Shown piece after piece: positions 34,458 to 44,910 of a stretch of DNA of 64,000 bases. A program made the translations under genes and the position numbers. Each line of letters begins with the position of its first letter. Positions within the stretch are counted from its first letter, which is position 1. The notes beneath the pieces were generated by a model. It searched no databases, was not told the DNA's origin, and was given only the letters and a program-made list of their open reading frames with translations. The DNA is from Cyanobacteria bacterium J06626_4 (GTDB lineage: Bacteria; Cyanobacteriota; Cyanobacteriia; Phormidesmidales; Phormidesmidaceae), in contig JBCBJQ010000018.1 of NCBI GenBank assembly GCA_038523235.1, positions 1-64,000 on the forward strand. Direction: 5' to 3'.

Positions 34458-34616
34458 GTTGAGCAGGCTATCCTGCGTTTATCGACGGCAAGTCTCAGCC
34501 CGGATTTTGCCTTCAAGTAAGCGAGAGCAGAATGCTTTGTGGACGCCTGTTAGGAACCTAATGCCGTTAGGATAAAAACCGTCTAAACTCATCACGGCAA
34601 TCCTTTTTTATTCACA

Positions 34617-35798
34617 ATGCAATACCGACGCTTTGGCCGTACTGAATTGCCGATGCCCGTTTTCTCCTGTGGGGGCATGCGCTACCAGCATTCCTGGAAA
34701 GACGTGCCTCAGGGAGAGATTCCGCGCAAAAACCAGGAAAATTTGGCAGCGACGATTCGGCGATCGCTGGCCGTTGGCATCAATCACATTGAGACGGCAC
34801 GCGGCTACGGCACCTCAGAGATTCAGCTCGGTCGAGTGCTGCCCCAGTTTCCGCGCGAGCAGCTGATCGTGCAAACCAAAGTATCGCCTCAGGCCGATGC
34901 GCAAGCCTTTCGCACAACGCTGCAGCAGTCATTGCAAAACCTGCAGCTCGACTATATTGATCTGCTCGGCATTCACGGCATCAACACCCCCGAACTGTTG
35001 GACTATGCCGTGCGTCCTGGCGGTTGCCTTGACGTGGCTCGCCAGTTCCAGCAGGCGGGCCGCATTCGCCACATTGGCTTTTCGACCCACGGGCCGACCT
35101 CGGTGATTGTGGAGGCGATCAACACTGGTCAGTTCGACTATGTAAACCTGCACTGGTATTACATCAATCAAGACAACTGGCCCGCGATCGCCGCCGCGAC
35201 TCGGCAAGATATGGGCGTGTTTATCATCAGCCCGACGGATAAAGGCGGCCACCTTTACAACCCGCCGCCCAAGCTCGTGGAGTTGTGCGCACCTCTGAGC
35301 CCCATCGTGTTCAACGATCTGTTTTGCCTCAGTCATGCCCAAGTGCATACCCTGAGTTTGGGGGCCGCGCGACCGACTGATTTTGACGAACATCTGCAAG
35401 TCTTGCCGCTGCTCGATCAGGCCAACACGGTGCTGCCTCCCATTCTCAAACGGTTAGAAGAGGCTGCGATCGCTGCCCTGGGGCGCGAGTGGGTGCGCAC
35501 TTGGAAAATCGGCTTACCCAGCCCCGACCAAACCCCCGGCCAGATCAACGTGCCGATCATCCTCTGGCTGCACAATTTGCTCGAAGCCTTTGATATGCAG
35601 GAATATGCCGAAGCCCGCTATAACCTGCTGGGCAACGGGGGGCACTGGTTCCCCGGCCAAAACGCTGATCGGCTGCAGGACTTTGATCTCAGTAAGGCGA
35701 TCTCCCAGAGCCCCCACGCGGCCCAAATTCCGGCGCTGCTAGCCGCCACCCACGAACGGCTGAAGGGCAAAACCGTACAGCGATTGTCACGCAGTTAA
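34617..35798 (+). CDS. Aldo/keto reductase family oxidoreductase
   Basis: MQYRRFGRT, HIETARGYGTSE, QTKV, LDYIDLLGIHG, HIGFSTHG. Confidence 0.93.
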   Translation: MQYRRFGRTELPMPVFSCGGMRYQHSWKDVPQGEIPRKNQENLAATIRRSLAVGINHIETARGYGTSEIQLGRVLPQFPREQLIVQTKVSPQADAQAFRTTLQQSLQNLQLDYIDLLGIHGINTPELLDYAVRPGGCLDVARQFQQAGRIRHIGFSTHGPTSVIVEAINTGQFDYVNLHWYYINQDNWPAIAAATRQDMGVFIISPTDKGGHLYNPPPKLVELCAPLSPIVFNDLFCLSHAQVHTLSLGAARPTDFDEHLQVLPLLDQANTVLPPILKRLEEAAIAALGREWVRTWKIGLPSPDQTPGQINVPIILWLHNLLEAFDMQEYAEARYNLLGNGGHWFPGQNADRLQDFDLSKAISQSPHAAQIPALLAATHERLKGKTVQRLSRS

Positions 35799-35843
35799 TC
35801 GCAATTTTCAAAAGCGGGGATAGCAGAGTCGTCGGCAGAGAGG

Positions 35844-36314
35844 TTGATCGTGAAGACAAACAGTAAACTCTCCATAGCCGGACTGTTGGCCGTCGTCAGT
35901 CTAGGATTAGCCAGCTGCGAACGCGATCGCTCCACTGAACCCAATCTGGCCCCCTGGGTTGGGCAAACGGTGACGCTGAGTGCCGATCACCTCGTCTGCA
36001 TTCCCTTCTCCAGCCGTGATGCGACTGGGATTAGTCGATGGCTGGTGAATCGCGACACGACCGCCTATGTGATGGTGAATGCTGACATCCAATCCGCTTG
36101 CCGCCAGGATTTTAACGAATTGATCGGCCCGGTATCGGCAGGCAGTCAAGCTGAAGTGGTGAGCTTTCTCACTGAATATGGCCTACTGGTGAGCCATGAG
36201 AATCTCCAGGCTGTTCTACGCGTCGAAGTTGAGACCCCAGAACCGTCATCCTTGCTGGTCAAAACTGATGTTGCCAGAGAGGCAGCGGGCTATGTCTTTC
36301 CTTGGAAGCCATAA
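35844..36314 (+). CDS. Hypothetical lipoprotein
   Basis: Signal peptide ending in lipobox LGLASC; no recognised domain. Confidence 0.55.
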   Translation: MIVKTNSKLSIAGLLAVVSLGLASCERDRSTEPNLAPWVGQTVTLSADHLVCIPFSSRDATGISRWLVNRDTTAYVMVNADIQSACRQDFNELIGPVSAGSQAEVVSFLTEYGLLVSHENLQAVLRVEVETPEPSSLLVKTDVAREAAGYVFPWKP

Positions 36315-36457
36315 CTGCTGCCAGTTCCGGTCAGGTTTTCCCCTGACTTTTCTCGACGTGCGCCTGGCGATTGCACGTTGGTTGATTGAGTCGCCAGTCC
36401 GCCAAGGGTCTATGATTGACAGTGATTTGGGCGATCGCAGGAGCGCACAGCAAAACC

Positions 36458-36709
36458 ATGTTGAATAAAGTACTCAACGGCCTGAACTGGCTACTCGTTG
36501 CTAATCTCTTTTTTGTACTGGCAAGTTTTGGCTGGTTTGCCACCGCCGTGGTGGGTCGCAGCATGAACGTCAACCTGGGATTAGAAACCTGGTATAGCCT
36601 GTGGATGCCGGTGTTTCAACCCGCGATCGGCATTTTGATGGCCGGGGCGATCGCGATCGGGATTCTCGGCTGGGCCTCCAAAAAGTTAGCCTCACTGCGC
36701 GAGAGTTAA
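36458..36709 (+). CDS. Small two-TM membrane protein
   Basis: MLNKVLNGLNWLLVANLFFVL...WYSLWMPVFQPAIGILMAGA. Confidence 0.75.
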   Translation: MLNKVLNGLNWLLVANLFFVLASFGWFATAVVGRSMNVNLGLETWYSLWMPVFQPAIGILMAGAIAIGILGWASKKLASLRES

Positions 36710-36821
36710 GGCCAACCACTCGCCATATGCACAGTTTTGAGATTCAAATTTCAGACGTCGAGCCCAACTCTCCCTCTGCCCCTACACCGGCCACCCTAGA
36801 CCTTCTTTTCCCCCTTTTCCC

Positions 36822-38303
36822 CTACCCCTCTTTGTTCTCCTGCGTCTTTGAGCGACGCTGTTCGCTCAGCTTCAACAAAGTCTCCGCATGTACGGCCCGC
36901 GTAATCGGGTAGAAATAGCATAGAACTAACGAACAAATCAGCAGTACCAGTGGCACCGGCCCCATAAACAGCCGAATCGCCACCAACGCCGATTGCGGTT
37001 GCGTGGCTTGCTCGGCAATAAATCCCGACCCTTCTAGTGCCGCTCCCACCAAAAATAAGCCCACCGCCAGCCCCATCTTTTGCAGCAGTGTCATAAAGGC
37101 ATAAAAAATGCCTTCCCGGCGTTGCCCCGTTTGCAACTCATCCAGCTCGATAACATCCGGCAGCATCGCCCAGGGCACCACATAGGCCGTGGCCACCCCA
37201 AAACTTGCCGCCACACAGAGCGCATACAGCAATCCAATTTGTCCTGGTTGCAATAAAAACAGCCCAATTTGCACCACGAGCCAGGCGCCGATGCCAACGT
37301 AAAAGAGGCCCTGTTTTCCGAGGTGGCGACTGAGCAAGTTGCAGGGCACCATCATCACGATCGCAGTGCCCTGTACCAGCAATGCAGGCAAGAAGTAGGA
37401 ATCAAGCCCCATCCAAAACGTGGCATAGAAGGGAATGATGCTGGCGGTAATTTGCAGGGCCAGCCAGGAAAATAGATAAATGCCGATGACATACCAAAAG
37501 GGACGGTTGCGAAACGCGATGATCAGCGAGGGGCCTAGGACTTGAGGAGATTCCGTCGGTTGAATATCAACGAGTGGGTTAGGCGATGGGGACTCGGCAG
37601 GGGCGCGATCGCGGGCCGGTGCTAATGCCTGCATTTGGCGAGCGCGGGGAAAGGTCCCAAAGACACAAATCAATAATGGAACGATCGCAATCAAGCCGCA
37701 CACGCCGCCCAACATGGCGTATTGCCGTGCCAAATCAGCCACACTGCCCTGGTCGGAAATAATCAACAACCCCAGCGCTAGGGCCAAAATCGCCCCAAAC
37801 AGCGAAAAGCCGAGGCGAAAAGTGCTCAGATCCGTCCGTTCGTCATAGTCCTCAGACAGCTCGGCAGTCAGGGTCGTGTAGGGCAAATTGGTGGTGGTAA
37901 AAAAGATTTGAAACAGGATCGATGTGATGACGTAATACCAAAATCGAAATCCCGAACTGCCCCCAGGCACTAGCCACATCAAAAAGAACGTAATGCCAAA
38001 GGGAATTACACTCAACAAAATCCACGGATAGCGCCGCCCCCAACGGGTTTGGGTGCGATCGCTCAATACCCCCACCAGCGGATCGTTGACGGCATCCCAC
38101 ACCTTGCCGATGAGCAACACGGTGCCCGCGGCAAGGGGGTTGAGCCCCGCCACCTTGGTTAAAAAGATCAGAAAGGAAAAGGCAATCAGGTTCGAGGTCA
38201 TGCCCGCACCCATGTCGCCGATGCCGTAGGCGACCTTCGTCCACAATGAGAGTTTGAGCGGTGAGGTCACCTGACCCGCCGGAGCGGGAAAATCCTGGGT
38301 CAT
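36822..38303 (-). CDS. GPH family (MelB-like) sugar:cation symporter, MFS
   Basis: YGIGDMG, WDAVNDPLVGVLSDRT.TRWGRR.PW, PWAMLPDVIE, RREGIFY. Confidence 0.94.
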   Translation of the reverse strand: MTQDFPAPAGQVTSPLKLSLWTKVAYGIGDMGAGMTSNLIAFSFLIFLTKVAGLNPLAAGTVLLIGKVWDAVNDPLVGVLSDRTQTRWGRRYPWILLSVIPFGITFFLMWLVPGGSSGFRFWYYVITSILFQIFFTTTNLPYTTLTAELSEDYDERTDLSTFRLGFSLFGAILALALGLLIISDQGSVADLARQYAMLGGVCGLIAIVPLLICVFGTFPRARQMQALAPARDRAPAESPSPNPLVDIQPTESPQVLGPSLIIAFRNRPFWYVIGIYLFSWLALQITASIIPFYATFWMGLDSYFLPALLVQGTAIVMMVPCNLLSRHLGKQGLFYVGIGAWLVVQIGLFLLQPGQIGLLYALCVAASFGVATAYVVPWAMLPDVIELDELQTGQRREGIFYAFMTLLQKMGLAVGLFLVGAALEGSGFIAEQATQPQSALVAIRLFMGPVPLVLLICSLVLCYFYPITRAVHAETLLKLSEQRRSKTQENKEG

Positions 38304-38395
38304 TCCATATCCCTCACTTCAGTAGGATGAGCATATCAGGTTGTATCATGGCTCAATCTTGTTTTGCTGCCGCTCATACTGTTGCCATCGCCCCT

Positions 38396-38920
38396 ATGTC
38401 TGACCTTTACGTCACCTTAGACGAGTACCACACCCTCATCGAAACCCTGGCCCTCAAAGTCCACGAATCAGGCTGGGAATTTAACCAAATCGTTTGCCTC
38501 GCCAAAGGTGGGCTCCGCGTTGGCGACATTCTCTGTCGGCTATATGACACGCCGCTGGCTATTTTATCAACTGCTTCCTATGGTGGCGAAAATAATCAAA
38601 CCCGTGGCACTGTCACCTTTTCTCGCGATATCAGCATGACCACGGCCAACCTCGGCAGCCGAGTTTTATTAGTGGATGACCTGGTGGATTCGGGAGCCAC
38701 GTTGGAACGCAGCATCAAGTGGCTAGAGCATAAATTTGGCTTTTACATTGATGAGATTCGCACTGCCGTCATTTGGCAAAAGGAATGCTCTTCGGCCAAA
38801 CCCGACTACTACGCCCAATATCTCGCCGACAACCCCTGGATCCATCAGCCCTTTGAGAAATACGAGCAGATGAGTTTGGCTGACCTCGCCCAAAGCCGAC
38901 AGGTGCCGGAGACGGTTTAG
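38396..38920 (+). CDS. Type I phosphoribosyltransferase (purine PRTase-like)
   Basis: CLAKGGL and PRPP-binding VLLVDDLVDSGAT; WIHQPFE. Confidence 0.9.
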   Translation: MSDLYVTLDEYHTLIETLALKVHESGWEFNQIVCLAKGGLRVGDILCRLYDTPLAILSTASYGGENNQTRGTVTFSRDISMTTANLGSRVLLVDDLVDSGATLERSIKWLEHKFGFYIDEIRTAVIWQKECSSAKPDYYAQYLADNPWIHQPFEKYEQMSLADLAQSRQVPETV

Positions 38921-38968
38921 CGCCGCAAAAGTTCGTTAAATCTGTCCGTCAGTCCCCGCTCCATAATG

Positions 38969-38998
38969 AAAAACCTCGCTTGTCAATGACAAGCGAGG
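38969..38998 (-). terminator. Terminator downstream of the PEP-CTERM gene (possibly bidirectional)
   Basis: 11-bp stem cctcgcttgtc-aat-gacaagcgagg with an adjacent + strand A-run. Confidence 0.75.
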
Positions 38999-39122
38999 GA
39001 AGGTGACAGTCCAAACAGTCCTCAAGGCAAATAGATTGCCGGTGCTGAGGTTGGTTAGAGGATATTATCTATATTCTCAAGGAGAGCGGCCCCATCAGGT
39101 CAAATGGAGCAACTTCTCAGTT

Positions 39123-39836
39123 CTAAACTGCAGTAGAGCGCTTACGACGCACGACGCCAAAGGCCGCTGCAGCGCCCAATCCCACCGCGAGGAAAGGCTC
39201 CGGCACTTTCTCCGCATCTTCGTTAGCGGTGTCGTACCAGCCCTGGCTGCTGTAGTTGAACTTCGTCAACTCGTGAGAGGCGTTGTATTCAGCATCAACA
39301 TCAGCCACACCGTGGAACCAAATACCGATTTTCTCCTCATAAAACGTGCCTTTCCAATCAGCCCCGAGATCCGTCCGGCTGTTGATGTCGGTCATGTCAA
39401 CGGCAAAGCTGAAGGTGCGCTCATTACCCGCAGTGCTGACATCTAAGTCCCAAGAATCTAGATAGACGCTGTTGTTATCTTTCCAGCTGTTGCTACCGTT
39501 GACACCGTTGTAGGTATAGGCCGTCAGCTTTTCGGCCACGCCGTCCAGATAGAACATCGTGTACTCTTGCTTGTCGCCTTTCGGATTGGGGCCTTCACTC
39601 AGCACCAGCCAAGCACCGTCCGCCAGTTTCCCGTTCTTCTCAGAAAAGGTAGAAGACCAGGTCAGCACTTCGCTGTTAGTGTCATAGGTCGTGGTGATGG
39701 ACTTATGAACGCCGACATTTTGGTTGCCGCCAACGGATTGAGAGTCGTAGGAAAATTTTGCTGCAGATGCCGGTTGAGCGGCGATCGCCACCGGAATCAC
39801 AGCCGCCGCTCCCAGGGCTAAAAGATCAATACGCAT
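39123..39836 (-). CDS. PEP-CTERM sorting-domain surface protein
   Basis: Signal peptide ending AQPASA; C-terminal VPEP-FLAVGLGAAAAFGVV-RRKR; start 39836 or 39851. Confidence 0.93.
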   Translation of the reverse strand: MRIDLLALGAAAVIPVAIAAQPASAAKFSYDSQSVGGNQNVGVHKSITTTYDTNSEVLTWSSTFSEKNGKLADGAWLVLSEGPNPKGDKQEYTMFYLDGVAEKLTAYTYNGVNGSNSWKDNNSVYLDSWDLDVSTAGNERTFSFAVDMTDINSRTDLGADWKGTFYEEKIGIWFHGVADVDAEYNASHELTKFNYSSQGWYDTANEDAEKVPEPFLAVGLGAAAAFGVVRRKRSTAV

Positions 39837-39851
39837 CGTTATCCTCTCCAT

Positions 39852-39865
39852 GTATCTATCAGTAC
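39852..39865. promoter_or_regulatory. Consensus NtcA box just upstream of the PEP-CTERM gene
   Basis: tGTA-tctatcag-TACg is a perfect GTA-N8-TAC; a TATACT -10-like hexamer on the minus strand lies further upstream (~39883-39888). Confidence 0.4.
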
Positions 39866-40342
39866 GATAGATTCAGGCGAGTATACTTAGGCAAAGTTAC
39901 GGTGAAGTTTGATAGCAATCAGCCGAAGCCACTGTGAACTCACGGATTCTTTATCTGGTTGTCCTCAGATAAAGCCAACCTGAATGCGCTTTCTCCAGAG
40001 AATTACTGCCGCATTAAGACTGAGGCATCACGGTTCAAGCATATGGTACTGCTGAATTTTCTAGATCCTGTAGATCAAACAAGTGGGCTGCCTGTGAGCA
40101 TTGCGAGCAAGCTCACAGGCAGCACGACAAATCTGGCTCCTTCGATTTTCTTGATAATGCATCGGTCATGTCCAGTATTAGCCATGACACAAGTTATTGG
40201 CAATTTGCTGTTACTTTTGACACAGCTATCTATGTATTCCTGACAACCGCTGCGACTAATCACACCCGTCGCCATAGTCAGTTGCGAGGGCTCAATCGTA
40301 GAGCTAATTTGATCCGACACTATGGGATTCTGATCGGAGCAG

Positions 40343-42034
40343 TTAGGCGTGAGTCTTTTGCAGAATTGACACCTCAAATGCCTGCAGATTTTCCGGCAGG
40401 TCAATGAGTTTACCCGCCTCAAATTCTGTCGAGAGTAACACCGTCCAGGCTTCTCTCCCAACTGACACATCCATCGTCAGCGGCTGCTCATAGGAGAAAT
40501 TGATCGCCACGAGTACCGTTTCTGTATCGGTCTCTCGCAGATACACCATGTGCTCATGGGGATAGTGAATCAGCGATCGCCAATTGCCCCATTGCAGCGC
40601 CGCACTCTGCTTGCGCACCTGTAGCAGCTGCCGATAGAAATTCAAAATCGAGTCAGGTTCCTGCAGCTCCTGCTGCACATTGACCTCAGGATAATTTTCA
40701 TGCACCGGTAGCCAGGGTTCGACCTCTTTGCCAAAGCTAAAACCAGCATGGGCCGAATCATCCCACTGCATGGGAGTGCGTGCTCCGTCGCGGGGGGGCG
40801 GGGTGTCGCCTTCGTCGCTTTGGGTGACTGCCTTGTCCTGCAGCTTGTCTTCGGGGATGTCGGTGTTGTCGAGCATGCCCAGCTCTTGACCGTAGTAAAG
40901 CAGGGGCGTGCCGCGCACGGTGAGTAACAGCGTGGCCGCCGCTTTGGCGATCGCCTGCGGGTCAACACACAGGCTGCACTCAACCCAGCGCGATAGGTGC
41001 CGAGGAATGTCGTGATTGTCGAGAAAGTAGCAGGGCCACGCGCCCTTGGGAGTGACCTTTTCTTTCTTTTCGATTTCACGCTGCAGATAGCCCGGATACC
41101 AGGGACTAAAGGGAAACTCGAAGGTAATCGGCAGGTGCAGCTCGTCGTTGTTGACGCCGTGAAAGATGACGGAATCGTAGAGGCGATTATCGATAAACGT
41201 TTCGCCAATCAGGGCGCGATCGCCATATTCGTCAATGACGGCTCGAATCTCGCGAATGATTTGGTGATTGTCGGGCAGGTTTTTGTCGTAGAGGTGATGG
41301 TAATTGTTGTAGACATTTTTGTCCGTCGCCCCATATTTCAACGGATTGTCGCGAAAGTAGGCGTCTTTGCTATACACGCTAGAGGCATCGAGCCGGAAGC
41401 CATCGACACCGCGATCGAGCCAAAAGCGCACAATGTCATACACTGCGGCTCGCACTTCCGCATTACGCCAGTTGAGATCAGGCTGGTTTTTGTTAAACGT
41501 GTGGAAATAGAACTGCCCTCGCGCCTCGCAGTAGGTCCAGCCGGTGCCACCAAAGTAAGACTGCCAGTTGTTGGGCCGATCTTGCCCTTCGAAAGGAGTT
41601 TGCCATAGATACCAGTCGGCTTTTGGGTTGTCTGGACTCGACGCCGACTCGGCAAACCAGGGATGTTCATCAGAGGTATGGTTGACCACCAAATCGAGAA
41701 TGATTTTGATGTGACGCTGATGGGCTTGGTCGAGCAGTTCGTCAAAGTCTGCTAGCGTACCAAAGGTAGGGCAAATGTCTTTGTAATCAACGATGTCATA
41801 GCCGTTGTCGACCATGGGTGACTTATTGACTGGCGATAACCAGATCGCATCAATGCCTAGGGACTGCTGGCTATCAGGCTGGCCGTCATTCAGATAATCG
41901 AGCCGCTGAATAATGCCGCGCAGATCACCCGTGCCGTCGCCGTTATCGTCGGCAAAGGTGAGGGGATAGATCTGATAAATGACGCCAGTTTCCCACCAGC
42001 GATGACTGTTTGTCGGCGCGGCCTTCACCATCAT
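40343..42034 (-). CDS. GH13 alpha-glucosidase / oligo-1,6-glucosidase
   Basis: YQIYP..F.D, DNGYD, DLVVNHTSDEHPWF, QPDLNW, DGFRLDA, NHD, RDGARTPMQW. Confidence 0.94.
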   Translation of the reverse strand: MMVKAAPTNSHRWWETGVIYQIYPLTFADDNGDGTGDLRGIIQRLDYLNDGQPDSQQSLGIDAIWLSPVNKSPMVDNGYDIVDYKDICPTFGTLADFDELLDQAHQRHIKIILDLVVNHTSDEHPWFAESASSPDNPKADWYLWQTPFEGQDRPNNWQSYFGGTGWTYCEARGQFYFHTFNKNQPDLNWRNAEVRAAVYDIVRFWLDRGVDGFRLDASSVYSKDAYFRDNPLKYGATDKNVYNNYHHLYDKNLPDNHQIIREIRAVIDEYGDRALIGETFIDNRLYDSVIFHGVNNDELHLPITFEFPFSPWYPGYLQREIEKKEKVTPKGAWPCYFLDNHDIPRHLSRWVECSLCVDPQAIAKAAATLLLTVRGTPLLYYGQELGMLDNTDIPEDKLQDKAVTQSDEGDTPPPRDGARTPMQWDDSAHAGFSFGKEVEPWLPVHENYPEVNVQQELQEPDSILNFYRQLLQVRKQSAALQWGNWRSLIHYPHEHMVYLRETDTETVLVAINFSYEQPLTMDVSVGREAWTVLLSTEFEAGKLIDLPENLQAFEVSILQKTHA

Positions 42035-42280
42035 TAAAATCCTTCATTACGAATGCAGCGTTAGCCTAGCATCACGCTTTATGGGGGCGTCAATCTGGAA
42101 AAAGCATGAGTTTTAACTGTTGAGTGCCTGAATTATCGACTCACGGACGATCGCAATCGCCTTGCCGACCAGACCCCATACCCTTGGCTGTTCAACCTAC
42201 TCCAGAGGTTGATTATCGCTGGCAGCCGCAAGCAATTGCACCGCGCGAAAAATCAGGTCGCCTGGTTGACTGACAAGAGG

Positions 42281-42496
42281 TCAAACCGATTTGATGTTGT
42301 CGTGCGAGCGGGCACGGTCGGAGCGATCTCGGCCTCGCCAATACCAGACGACATAACTCAGCGCGGCGATCTGTAATGGCAACATCAGGGCGGCTTCTTT
42401 GAGCAGAAACGGTAGCTCCGTTTGGGCGATCGCGGCTCCGCCCGTACTGCTCAGCAGCACTAATCCAATCACGAACGGAATTTTGCGACCTTTCAT
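42281..42496 (-). CDS. Small hypothetical membrane protein
   Basis: MKGRKIPFVIGLVLLSSTGGAAIAQ... with two hydrophobic segments. Confidence 0.5.
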   Translation of the reverse strand: MKGRKIPFVIGLVLLSSTGGAAIAQTELPFLLKEAALMLPLQIAALSYVVWYWRGRDRSDRARSHDNIKSV

Positions 42497-42818
42497 AGTG
42501 TCTCTTGGTGAACTATCGGTTTCTCCTTTATAGCAAGCGGTTGAGCAACTCAATGACATTGGTGGTGTAGATCACCCGCCGCATCTCGATGATCTAGTCA
42601 AGTATTGGAATGTTTTTCCCAGTGACGTAACTCGATTTGGCTAACGGCTGCATCGGGCTCATCCCACTTGGTGATCGCCTTTTACCGGAGCCCATAGCCC
42701 GCAAAGGCTAAGCTGGCGTCACTGATTAGATTCAAGTAGCGGGACGCTCTTGTTTGACTCATTTTTGGATGCCCCGATGCCTGCGGATGAGCACCCACAA
42801 TCAGCCCCAAAGTCACCA

Positions 42819-43094
42819 TTACTTTTCAGACGCACAGACGAGGGCGAACAGCAGATTGATGCCGGATGGCACCAACAGCAGGCAACCCAGAACAATGCTG
42901 GCTCGGGCTGACAAAAAAGTCGATAAAGCGCTCAGCGCTGACCCCGCAACCAATCCCAAGATGATGAATAGATAGAGGAATCCTGCCATTTGCAGTTTAT
43001 AGCCGAAGCGATCACTGTAAATAGAAAACAACAGCAGACTCCCCATGTTAAAAGCCAGATCTAGCCAGGCAATATGCTTGAAGACAAACGTCAT
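42819..43094 (-). CDS. Small hydrophobic (~3 TM) protein, copy 1
   Basis: Colinear paralog of 44911..45195 (about 56/91 identical by manual alignment), which supports both being real genes. Confidence 0.85.
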   Translation of the reverse strand: MTFVFKHIAWLDLAFNMGSLLLFSIYSDRFGYKLQMAGFLYLFIILGLVAGSALSALSTFLSARASIVLGCLLLVPSGINLLFALVCASEK

Positions 43095-43452
43095 AATGGG
43101 ATTCTATTATTGATGACTCGCTACTCTCTAGATATTCCCGATGGCCCAGGTGGCATTCACATCGAAACAAAACGGTCGATCAAATGCGGCTGAAGTCACC
43201 GGTTGACAGACACTATCTCAAGAGTAGAGAACCCCAGATTGCTGGTTGAAAAGTCGCTATTTCCTACTGATTAGTTTGGTTAGACGCGATCAGACCACCG
43301 AACTCCTGCTTTAGGCAAAGCGATCTCTAACTTGAATGCCTCACTTCGCTATCCAGGGCATCAAAATCCTTCTGCATAACTTAAAGGTACAAAACCCGAC
43401 TGCTTGGGCAGCTTAAATCGTCAGGAAAAAGTATTTAACTCAACGATTAGAC

Positions 43453-44721
43453 GTGCCACAGTCCAAATTAGAGTCGCTCAAACGGCAAGCTCAGCAGGGA
43501 GATGCGATCGCCCTCACCCAACTCCTCACCCAAGCTTTGCGCCGCGAGGGCATACAGGTGCAGGCAAAAGTAGACGGTGGCTGCCTGGTCATTCGGCTCA
43601 CCACACGCGACATCCCAGCGTGATCGCTCGGCGAGCGCATCAAGCAAGGGCTCAAAAAATTGAACATCCAAACCATTGATGAACTCAAGGTGGTGGCCTA
43701 TCGACAGGGGCAACGAAAAGCTTGCTGGACCGACTATATTTCTTGGCCTTCAGGAGTCGCACTCCAAGATTTCCCGGATTATCAGATACCTTGGCTCGCT
43801 GATATTCGGCAAATAGTTAGCCAAACTTTTGGGGAGTTCGGGGCCAATTTAGCCAGAGCGATCGTCTGCTGCATGAGCATTGCCCTGATGTTTAGAAGCA
43901 CGCTGAAGCTGCTCAATACGGTGCAGATTCCGTTTGGGGGCTGGCGCGATATCACCTATAACGGCTGGTTGATTACGATTTTTGAGCGTCAGCGCTGGTT
44001 CGATTTGCCTTACTCTCGTGCTTTTTGGATTCCTTCGACGGGTGAAACGACCCAGTCGCTGTTCTTCTATCTTGGTTTGAAAATAGCCCTACATTTAGTA
44101 ATGTTTTGGATCAGTTTAGAGATCATCAAGTGGGTCATTGGTCGGGCGGAATCTGAAGTTACCCAAGCCGTGATGACGGGAAGCTTGGTGGTTGCCAGTG
44201 TGGCTAGCTTCAATCGTTTAATCAACCTGCAACAGGAATTGCCGAGCGGGGCGGTTACCATTGGTTTCCCTAATGTGATTGTAGTTATTGTTACCGCGAT
44301 CTGGCTATACAAGAGACTTTCAAAGTATTTCAAAGATCATGCACCTGCCACAATCTTTAGCGAACTTGCCAATTGTCTGCAGCGCTTTTTGCGTACTCAA
44401 GAAGTTTTTGCCATTAGTTTCTTAGTAATTGTCTGCATCGTTTTAACAATCACGAATCCGATGGCGGAGCAACACTATCAATATCTGGCCATCATCAAAA
44501 ATCCAAATCTAGCACTAGGCCAAAATCAGAAACCGAAACCCTATCAAGAAGATCTCATTGCTGATGTTGCTGCACTTGAGTTAGCGAGTTCTGCTAATTA
44601 CACTGACAGTAGCTATTGGAACTTAGGAATTTTATCCATTACGACTAGGGAAAACGGAGATGGGGCGATAAAAACGCTAGGCATACTAGGAGAAATCTAT
44701 GGTTTCGAATCGTTTCGCTAA
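43453..44721 (+). pseudogene. Shared-N-domain membrane protein A with DUF4359-like tail, interrupted by an in-frame TGA at 43621
   Basis: GTG 43453 reads MPQSKLESLKRQAQQGDAIALTQLLTQALRREGIQVQAKVDGGCLVIRLTTRDIPA*SLGERIKQGLKKLNIQ..., in frame with ORF 43660..44721 and colinear with the N-domains of the next three genes. Confidence 0.82.
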
Positions 44722-44910
44722 CCACAAATGATCAGGAGATCTAGAGAGATCTAAATCTACGGATATAGCTCATGACAAATCCGCGATCGCCTGGGTCAAA
44801 ACCGACAGTCTGTAATCCTCAACCTTGATGAGTCAGGTCATGAGTTGAACCGTAGGATACCTAGAAGTGCTGCACTGATTAGGCGGATGAAAAGTCTGCT
44901 GTCAATGCTC

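Noticed and set aside
43621..43623. TGA as a selenocysteine codon
   Set aside because: Paralogs have no Cys at this position, there is no redox motif, and I saw no convincing SECIS; a C>T change at HIP1 is simpler
43404..43679. ORF-track 91-aa ORF, and a possible frameshift into 43660
   Set aside because: The homologous N-domain is in the frame starting at GTG 43453; the break is an in-frame TGA, not a frameshift
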